Below are positions 1 to 7,900 of a stretch of DNA of 64,000 bases, one piece after another. How positions within the stretch are numbered: the first letter of the stretch is position 1; each line of letters begins with the position of its first letter. The notes under the pieces are model-generated. The model was not told the origin of the DNA. It was given only the letters and a program-made list of their open reading frames with translations, and made no database searches. The stretch lies in sequence record OQ411014.1. The stretch is one strand, 5' to 3'. Position numbers and translations under genes: made by a program.

Positions 1-1
1 T

Positions 2-232
2 GAACGTGGTACAATCGTTGATAAACTAATTGCAGATGCAGAACAGTATCTACGTCTTCATGAAGAAAATCTTGAACGTGCTTATAACATCGACCCATCT
101 CGTCGTCCAGTAGTTGAAGCGGCTGGTGAAGAAGATGATACCACATTCTCTATCGTTCTTGAGAAAGGCGTTTCCCAAGCGAAAGCAATTGAAATCGTCA
201 AAAAAGCACTAGCAGCACAAAAGGCAAAATAA
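2..232 (+). CDS. 3' end of a hypothetical protein (partial, runs in from the window edge)
   Basis: Open frame from position 2 (ERGTIVDKLIADAEQYLRLHEENLE...KKALAAQKAK) to TAA at 230-232, with phage-typical codons (CTA, CGT); the next ATG follows at 234. Confidence 0.75.
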   Translation, partial: ERGTIVDKLIADAEQYLRLHEENLERAYNIDPSRRPVVEAAGEEDDTTFSIVLEKGVSQAKAIEIVKKALAAQKAK

Positions 233-233
233 T

Positions 234-530
234 ATGACTCGTGATGAAATCATTCAAATGATTCTCACTGAGCGTAATCGTCAAACAGAGAATCCAAACA
301 CTGTTTCTGACTTACACAAAACCAAAAATGATTGGGCTGCTTTGGCAGCCTATTATTTGTTTGAAGGTGCAAGTCGTTCCGATAAACATGTATCTTTCGA
401 AGAGTTTCGTAGTTCTCTAGTTCAAACTGCTGCCGTCATTATTGCAGCACTAGAAACCAGCTATGCTCATGAGAATGAAACGGTTCGAGATTTACTATCT
501 CAACTGGAAAATAAAGATGACAAGCAATGA
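234..530 (+). CDS. Hypothetical protein, possibly a MazG-like all-alpha NTP pyrophosphatase fold
   Basis: 98 aa. The pattern ERNRQ...W...EEFRSSLVQTAAVIIAALE resembles small phage MazG-like proteins, but the usual ExxE acidic cluster is not clear. Confidence 0.4.
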   Translation: MTRDEIIQMILTERNRQTENPNTVSDLHKTKNDWAALAAYYLFEGASRSDKHVSFEEFRSSLVQTAAVIIAALETSYAHENETVRDLLSQLENKDDKQ

Positions 531-1107
531 GTTACAACTTGCTCTTAGTGATCTAGATAATGTATGTTATAGTGGCGGTGCTAAAGGGGCAGACCGCCTC
601 TTTGGTATCTGGGCTACTGAAAATGGTTTTCAAGAAGTACATTTCTCTTTCAAGAAACATAATTATGTTGTAGATGAAAGTACTATCATTGAAATTCCAG
701 ATTCGATTCTACAGGATAGTACTGTAATCGATAAACTCAAGAAAGCGAACTACTCTTTAGGAAGAAGTATTCCAAAGAAAGGTTCTTATGTTTATAATCT
801 ACTTGCACGTAATACGTTTCAAGTTCTTCTTACTGAACGTGTGTATTGCATCAGTCCTTTAGCATCACCAACAACCGTTTCAGGTGGTACAGCATGGGCT
901 GTTCAAATGTACATTGACCAGTACGAGAATCCTGTAATTTACGGTTATGACCCACTTCGGAAAGAAGCATATCAGTACTGTAATACTAAGAAAGAATTCA
1001 TTACAGTTGATTCTGTTCCAGCACCTACTGGTAAATGGACAGGTATTGGTTCACGTGAAACTACAGAGAATCACATGCAAGCATTCGTTAGTTACTTCAG
1101 GAGTTGA
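517..1107 (+). CDS. SLOG-superfamily (DprA/YspA-like) nucleotide-binding protein
   Basis: Motifs SGGAKGAD, SGGTAWAV and GIGSR are typical of SLOG Rossmannoid domains. Start moved to ATG 517, which overlaps the upstream gene. Confidence 0.6.
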   Translation: MTSNELQLALSDLDNVCYSGGAKGADRLFGIWATENGFQEVHFSFKKHNYVVDESTIIEIPDSILQDSTVIDKLKKANYSLGRSIPKKGSYVYNLLARNTFQVLLTERVYCISPLASPTTVSGGTAWAVQMYIDQYENPVIYGYDPLRKEAYQYCNTKKEFITVDSVPAPTGKWTGIGSRETTENHMQAFVSYFRS

Positions 1108-1373
1108 TGATGAGTGATGAGTGTGATAATTGCGATTACCGTTATGAATCAGGCCACAGAGACGGATATGAGCAAGGTTGTAAAGACTCCAGTTCGGAAA
1201 ATTACGAACAAGGTTATAAAGATGCAAAAGACGAAGGTGCTAGAGAATTAGATGATCAATTAGCGAACATGAGTTCGAACTTCTCTAGTGTAATACGAGA
1301 TTTAGTTGCAAGGAATAAGCAACTACAGCAAGAAATTTATGAGATAAGGAAATCCAATGCAACAGCTTCATGA
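1104..1373 (+). CDS. Hypothetical protein with Y-x-x-G repeats and a C-terminal coiled coil
   Basis: 89 aa with YESGHRDGYEQG and YEQGYKD; overlaps both neighbours, consistent with translational coupling. Confidence 0.6.
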   Translation: MMMSDECDNCDYRYESGHRDGYEQGCKDSSSENYEQGYKDAKDEGARELDDQLANMSSNFSSVIRDLVARNKQLQQEIYEIRKSNATAS

Positions 1374-2289
1374 TTTATATTCAAAAGTACTAAACGAAGG
1401 TGTCACATCAGAAGACCGTACTGGTACTGGTACTATCAAACTGATTGGTCAACAAATGCGTTTCGATTTGAAAGAAGGCTTCCCAGCGACAACAACGAAA
1501 CGTCTAGCATGGAAAGCAATGACTTCTGAACTGTTGTGGTTCCTCGAAGGTTCACAAAACGAACGTCGTTTATGTGAAATTCTACATGGTACTACTGACC
1601 CAGAGAAACGTACAATCTGGACTGGTAACTATGAGAATCAAGGACAGAAACTTGGATACGTCAATGGCAATCTCGGCCCTGTTTATGGTAAACAATGGCG
1701 TGAGTGGGAAGATGTAGTTATCCTTCCTGGTGTGTACACTGAAGTAGTAAAACATACTGAAATGGGTTACAATCTAGTTGAACGTACTACTAGTGGTATG
1801 TATGTAATGCAACGTACTATTGACCAGATTGCAGTACTGGTTGATGGTTTGAAGAATGATCCAAACGGTCGCCGCCACATCCTATCTGCATGGAACGTTG
1901 GTGATTTAGATAAGATGGCACTACCACCTTGTCATAGTTTTGTTCAGTTCTTTGTGGTTGATGGTAAGCTAAGTTGCTCACTATATCAACGCAGTGCAGA
2001 TCTCTTTTTAGGTGTACCATTCAATATTTCAAGTTATTCTCTACTAACTCATATGCTTGCACAAGTGTGTGGTTTGGATGTTGGTGAGTTCATTTGGAAT
2101 GGTGGTGACTGTCACATTTATCTAAACCACATCGACCAAGTTCGTGAACAATTGTCACGTGAACCAAAAGAATTACCACAATTGTGGTTGGATGAAAATA
2201 TTACTGATATTGATACATTTACAATGGATTCGTTCAAACTTCTGAACTACAATCCTGATTCAGTAATCAAAGCACCAATGGCAGTTTAA
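1357..2289 (+). CDS. thyA: Thymidylate synthase (ThyA type)
   Basis: Motifs DRTGTGT, FPATTTKRL, YGKQWR, catalytic MALPPCH, YQRSADLFLGVPFN (Asn, dUMP-specific) and GDCHIYLNH. Confidence 0.97.
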   Translation: MQQLHDLYSKVLNEGVTSEDRTGTGTIKLIGQQMRFDLKEGFPATTTKRLAWKAMTSELLWFLEGSQNERRLCEILHGTTDPEKRTIWTGNYENQGQKLGYVNGNLGPVYGKQWREWEDVVILPGVYTEVVKHTEMGYNLVERTTSGMYVMQRTIDQIAVLVDGLKNDPNGRRHILSAWNVGDLDKMALPPCHSFVQFFVVDGKLSCSLYQRSADLFLGVPFNISSYSLLTHMLAQVCGLDVGEFIWNGGDCHIYLNHIDQVREQLSREPKELPQLWLDENITDIDTFTMDSFKLLNYNPDSVIKAPMAV

Positions 2290-2296
2290 TGCCAAA

Positions 2297-2326
2297 ATAA
2301 AAGGAGCCTAATGGCTCCTTTTTTAT
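2297..2326. terminator. Bidirectional rho-independent terminator between convergent genes
   Basis: aaaaggagcc-taat-ggctcctttttt, with an A-tract on the left and a T-tract on the right. Confidence 0.85.
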
Positions 2327-4245
2327 TATCTGTATGTTATGATGACACGACCATTAAAGCGAACATCTGGTGTTGCCGGAATGGACAGTACTGCATTAGT
2401 AGGGGAGATAGATACACTATCAACTTCTACTAGGTTGTAATTAGAACCAACTAGTTCTTGAACTACGATTGACTGAATGTTAGTACCTGTGATAGTATAA
2501 GTGTAATATGAACCACTTAATACCCAAGAACTTGTAGTAAATGATTGTTCAACACCACCACCACTTACAGTAGTCCATTGACCATTTGACTTCTGCATTA
2601 CAGTGTTACGTTGAGTACTGTAAGCAATCATACCATCTTCACCCACAGCGTTGTCTATTGGATTAAGTTTAGGAAGACCAATACCATAACGGTTGAACTT
2701 AGTTCTTACTGCTGCTCCATCATTAATTGTCATATCACCAAAAGCTGTCATGTCTAATTTTAGATTACCAGTAATTTGTGATATTGCTGTTGCAGTTGTT
2801 GCATGTTCAAATGTCAAAATTCCTGCTGGCATCATGTTAAGATTTTTGAATCTATTACTTGAACCATTGAAAGTTGTAGTTGTTTGAAAAGCACTATTCG
2901 CATTAACAACGAGAGTATCAGTATTTGTGTCACCGAGAATTGTATTCCCCTTAACTGTCATATTAGCATCAGTAATAACTGCTCCGTGGAATTCAGTACT
3001 GGCATCTTTGAACTCAACTTGGTTCTTATTTGCAATACTAACGGTCATGATATTATTGATTGCACTTAGACCAACGTTCGCTGTATTACCAGTACCTTGG
3101 AATTGTAATGCAGGAGCAGTTGTTGGGTTAACGTTAGCTGCTTGAATTACAATAATACCAGTTGGGTTGATTCTAAATTTCTCAACTCCTGAAGTACTGA
3201 AACCCATTGTTCCGGTTGCTTGGTGGAATATACCAGTTTTAGTATCAGTCCATTGTGTTGGGTCAATACCAGTATTAGTTACTGGGTCATATAATGCATC
3301 GTTAAATGCAATTGCTGGTTCAGTAGCAGAGCCATATACAACACCTAAACGTCCTTTACCTGCACCACCCTTGTTCATAGAGTCACCTGTGCGACGTAGA
3401 GCACCTAGAGCGGACGCATCGATAATAGACTGTACGGTACTATCATCACCTTCAAAACCGCGTCCTGAGCTATCTAGGAGCGTACTATCATACATTACAG
3501 TACTTGCAAGAATACTTACACGGCTGTTACGTAGGCGTTGTGCACGAGTACCGTTAAGGATTACCCAGTCACCATCGGTTAATGCTCTTTCTGTTGCTGG
3601 AGTTGCAGTGCTGACAAATGCATCAGTTAATTCGGTATCTTCAGCAAGGGAAGTTAAACCACCATGACCTGCTGGAACTGGAGTGATAATACGTCCGAAT
3701 GCGGATGTTACTTGACGAGAACCAGGAACGGTTGGGTTCGAATCTAGGTAGTACTTTATTTGTAACCAGTTACCTTGTCCACTAGGGTTTGTTGGTGTGA
3801 AAATAACCGAAGCTGCTGCTGTTGGGTTTGCATTGAAGTGAGTTTGTGCAGCATTCATAATACCACGAACGATATAGTACTCACCTGAGTTTGCCGTTGT
3901 TGGTGTGGGGAGTGGGGTATACACACCTGGGGTTAATGGTGGATCAATATCATCAGATAATGGGGAATATGTACCCACATAATGTAGCCCTGCTAATATC
4001 GAGTCCGGTAGTTGTGAAGTAAGTAAACGTCCATTATCGTCGAGCATTGCAAAACGGCGATACGCTACAGAACCGTCATCAAAAGTAATTGCCCCTTCAA
4101 ATGCTTCCCATCCTTTGTTATATCTAAACATACCAGCACGTTGAGTGTCATTAGTAGCTTTGCTTGGTGCTTTAGGCACTTCAAGGAATGTAGCACTATC
4201 AATGACTACACCACCTTCACCTTTAATTCTATATACACTAGCCAT
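2326..4245 (-). CDS. Virion structural / fibre-associated protein
   Basis: 639 aa, Thr/Gly/Asn-rich beta repeats (NMTVKGNTILGD) and fibre-like G-x-x-x-Y...W modules; late-promoter-like AATAAATA upstream at 4277-4284. Confidence 0.6.
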   Translation of the reverse strand: MASVYRIKGEGGVVIDSATFLEVPKAPSKATNDTQRAGMFRYNKGWEAFEGAITFDDGSVAYRRFAMLDDNGRLLTSQLPDSILAGLHYVGTYSPLSDDIDPPLTPGVYTPLPTPTTANSGEYYIVRGIMNAAQTHFNANPTAAASVIFTPTNPSGQGNWLQIKYYLDSNPTVPGSRQVTSAFGRIITPVPAGHGGLTSLAEDTELTDAFVSTATPATERALTDGDWVILNGTRAQRLRNSRVSILASTVMYDSTLLDSSGRGFEGDDSTVQSIIDASALGALRRTGDSMNKGGAGKGRLGVVYGSATEPAIAFNDALYDPVTNTGIDPTQWTDTKTGIFHQATGTMGFSTSGVEKFRINPTGIIVIQAANVNPTTAPALQFQGTGNTANVGLSAINNIMTVSIANKNQVEFKDASTEFHGAVITDANMTVKGNTILGDTNTDTLVVNANSAFQTTTTFNGSSNRFKNLNMMPAGILTFEHATTATAISQITGNLKLDMTAFGDMTINDGAAVRTKFNRYGIGLPKLNPIDNAVGEDGMIAYSTQRNTVMQKSNGQWTTVSGGGVEQSFTTSSWVLSGSYYTYTITGTNIQSIVVQELVGSNYNLVEVDSVSISPTNAVLSIPATPDVRFNGRVIITYR

Positions 4246-4295
4246 TTAATTGTCCTTAGAATAGATTTATATTAAGTATTTATTTGATGACCCCA

Positions 4296-4326
4296 AAAGA
4301 AAAGGCCAACCGAAGTTGACCTTTTT
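4296..4326 (-). terminator. Rho-independent terminator (UUCG loop on the minus strand)
   Basis: Minus strand reads AAGGTCAAC-TTCG-GTTGGCCTT-TTCTTTT. Confidence 0.8.
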
Positions 4327-4338
4327 TCTAATTTCAAA

Positions 4339-4971
4339 TTATAGGATTACATCTCCCCATTTAGCTGCTAGACGAACTGCTTCATAATCTTGTGCTGCAT
4401 CAATTGCAGAACAGATTTCTTGTTCAGTGTCAAACAAGCCGTCACGATACAAGGAAATTTCCAAGTATAGTGCTTTGATTTCAGCAGCAGACATTACTAC
4501 ATCATTTCCTGATTTATCACGAATAGAAAGACTTTCAATGCTTGGGTCTACTAGTAATTCAATTAGCAAACCTTGAAGTTCAAGTCTACCTTCACTAGAT
4601 AGGTCAAATACATTCAAATCTTTTTCGTATTCAGATGTTGCGAGATAAGAACGATGTGCTTCAACACGTTGTTTCATCTCTGCACGAACGATTGCCAAAT
4701 CCATTGGCTTGTAGGTATAGGTATTAATGATTTTACCTTCTACATCATCCATCACAACTTCTTTTTTCTCAAATTCGCAGAACTCACCAGTACCGACATA
4801 ATTATCTTCTTGAATCCAAAAACCGTGAGTTAGACGCCCTTCGGCGTCTAACTTGGTAATGTCTCCAATAGTATAACCAGATACTAATGAACGTTGTCCT
4901 ACGGTGGAACTTGTATATTTCACGAATTCCCATTGGTCGAGTTCGTTCTTGTTAACTACTACATAAACCAT
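4339..4971 (-). CDS. Putative tail fibre assembly/chaperone protein (DUF4376-like C-terminus)
   Basis: 210 aa directly downstream of the giant fibre gene. The C-terminal helical region (AHRSYLATSEY...EQEICSAIDAAQDYEAVRLAAKW) resembles fibre-chaperone domains. Confidence 0.5.
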   Translation of the reverse strand: MVYVVVNKNELDQWEFVKYTSSTVGQRSLVSGYTIGDITKLDAEGRLTHGFWIQEDNYVGTGEFCEFEKKEVVMDDVEGKIINTYTYKPMDLAIVRAEMKQRVEAHRSYLATSEYEKDLNVFDLSSEGRLELQGLLIELLVDPSIESLSIRDKSGNDVVMSAAEIKALYLEISLYRDGLFDTEQEICSAIDAAQDYEAVRLAAKWGDVIL

Positions 4972-4995
4972 TTGATTTATCTCCTTTAATTGATA

Positions 4996-7900
4996 TTATA
5001 CGTTACGTTGTGCAATAAACACGTCAATGGTAGAACCTACACCGCTGTATACTAACTGACAGATAGATACAGAGTTTGGAGTGGTGTTAATCGCAGTATC
5101 AGCACCAATCACACTATATGGAGGTGGTAGAGTTAGCGAGTGGTTACCAGTTGCGTCTTGTGTTACATATACGAACCAAGAACCTGCATATCCTGGGGTG
5201 ATTGGTAGGTTACCAACGGTAGTATCACCTGTTAGGGTAATGTTATACACGTTAGAAGTACCATCAGGAGTCCAAGTACCAGTTGCAGAAGCAGCCGGAG
5301 CAGCTTTAACTAGGTATTTGCTAGTACTTACCGATTCAGTTACTAGGTCGCCGATATCAGCAGTTAGTGTACCAGTTACTGTTAGGTTGTTAGCATTAAT
5401 TGTACCAGTACTATCAATATCAACAGCAGTTACTTTACCAGTGAAATCGGAGGTTCCAGATACAGTAAGGCTTGTAGCAGTGATTGCACCTGTGGTTACA
5501 GCAGCTAAGGTAGAAGTACCAGTTACTGTTAGAGTATCAGTTTCTAGACCGCCAGTAATTGCAGCACCATCAGCACTAACAGTTAGTTTACCACCAGTAG
5601 TTAGTGTAGTACCTACGCTCGCCGCAGCAGAGAAAGTAGCAGTACCAGTGCTGGATAGAGTACCAGTTACTGTGGTTGCACCAGTAATTGCAGCACCATC
5701 AGCACTAACAGTTAGTTTACCACCAGTAGTTAGTGTAGTACCAACTGTTGCAGCACCAGTAACTTCAAGAGTTACACCTTTCAAGAAGGAAGTGGAAGTA
5801 ACAGATTGTGCAACTAGATCAGAAGTACTTTGGTCTAGTGTACCAATGATACGACCATTAACAGTAAAGTCACCAGTACAAACTGCGTTACCGTTAAGCT
5901 GTAGGTTGTTGTTTACAGAACCACTTGCACCGATAACAGCAGAGTCAATTGTTGCTTGACCTTTAACTTCGAGTGTAGTACCAACAGATACCGCTTGGGA
6001 AGTTGTTACAGACCGTGGAGAAATATCACGACCAGTTAAGTCGATTTGAGCAGTGATAGTACCATCAACATCCAAGTTACCTGTGATGTGGGTGTTACCA
6101 GAAATCTCAGCAATATATTCTTCTTCGTCCCATACTAGAGTACCTACGTGTAGGTTTGTGGTAGAGGTCTTCTTGAAAGAAGCGGTTGCAGTTGCAGCAC
6201 CGTTCTGTGCGATATTACCAGCAGTTACTGTTAGGTCACCAGTAGTAATTGTTGCACCGTTATCAGAAGTTACAGAACCAAATTTACCTGCACCTGAAGC
6301 AGTGATTGCACCACCTAGGGTTGTTGCACCAGTAGTTACGGTTAGACCGTTATCAGAGGTTACAGAACCAAATTTACCTGCACCAGTACTGGTTAGAGTA
6401 CCACCAACAGTTGTGTTGCCAGTTACACCTAGTGTAGTACCAACAGTTGCACCAGCAGCAGTAGAAACACTATTAACAGATAGGTCAGCACCCGCGAGGT
6501 TTAGACCACCAGCAGGAGTGAATGTACCATTAACGGTCATGTCACCAGTTGCTACCGTGTTACCTGTGATATCTAGTGATGCTAGAGTTGCTTTACCTGA
6601 AGTACTTAGAGTACTAACAGATGTTGCATCAGCAGTTACATCAGCTAGGGTAGATGCACCAGTTACATTTAGTGTAGTACCGATATTTGCACTGTTTAGA
6701 GTTGCTAGACCAGAAGTACTTACAGTACTTAGGGAAGTATTACCAGATACACCTAGGGTTGTAGTAACGCTTGCAGCGTTCGCATTGACAGTTCCTAGAG
6801 TAGATACGCCAGTTACTTCTAGAGTAGTGTTAACTTTAGCACCGTTTAGTGTTGCCAAACCAGTAGTCGTTAGTGCATCAGTAGTTACATCAGCTAGGGT
6901 AGATGCACCAGTTACATTTAGAGAACCACCAACAGTTGTGTCGTTAGTACTGGATAGTGTTAGTGCACTTAGGTTAGTTGCACTTAGGTCGAATTGACCA
7001 TCAACAGTCAAATCACCAGTTACATGAGCGTTACCGAGAGAGTTAAGAGACTTAACAGTTACATCAGTTGTGCTTAGGTCGATTGCTCCAGCAGTTAGTG
7101 TACCAGTTGCATGGAAATCACCAGTTACGTTGGTAGATTTAGCAAGTTGTACAGTAGTTCCAGCAGTTGTAAAGGAAGCAGCAGATACAGCACCAGTTGC
7201 GGATACAGATGAAGCACCAATTGCACCAGCAGTTACACCAGCAAGAGTAGTTTCACCAGTTACTGCTAGAGTACCAGAAGCAGTTACATCAGCCAGGGTT
7301 GAAGCGGCAGATACAGTTACAGCACCTAGAGTTGCTTCGTCGCTTGCTAATTTAGGGAATGTATTTGTTTTAGCAGCATCAGTAGATACAAAACTTAAAG
7401 CAGTTACATCAGCACCAGATAAGTCAACAGTACCAGATACAGCTAGGTTGCCACCGATTGTTGCACCTTCAGTAGTCGTAATAGACTTGGAAGCAATATC
7501 AACAGAAGATAGGTCAAAACCACCAACTGGGGTAAATGTCCCATTAACTGTTAGGTTTTTATCAGCAACAACATCACTTGCTAGAGTTACTGTGCCAGCA
7601 CCAAGTGGAGCAGCTTGAACAGTTGCGGATTCTACCGAAGCACCTTTAACAATACCAGTTGCAGTAATGTTTGTTGCAGAGATATCACCAATGGATTCAA
7701 TACCGCCATTAGGCTTGAAAGAACCAGTTACAGTTAAGTCTTTTGCAGCGACTGCATTACTTGCCAATGTTACTGTACCAGCACCAGCAGCAGCACCTTG
7801 AATAGATGGAACAGTTGCAGTTGCAGCACTTACATCACCAGTTGCAGCGAAAGATACAGCACTGATATCACCAGTTGCATCAATATCACCAGCATTTACA

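Noticed and set aside
1357-2289. Possible dCMP hydroxymethylase (modified-base pathway) or td-type group I intron
   Set aside because: The motif is GVPFN with Asn, which indicates dUMP specificity, and the ORF is continuous with all ThyA motifs, so there is no intron.
5552-6921. Direct repeats as a CRISPR array or DGR template/variable repeats
   Set aside because: The repeats are in-frame coding duplications in pairs, with no regular repeat-spacer array, no adenine-specific mismatch pattern and no reverse transcriptase in the window.
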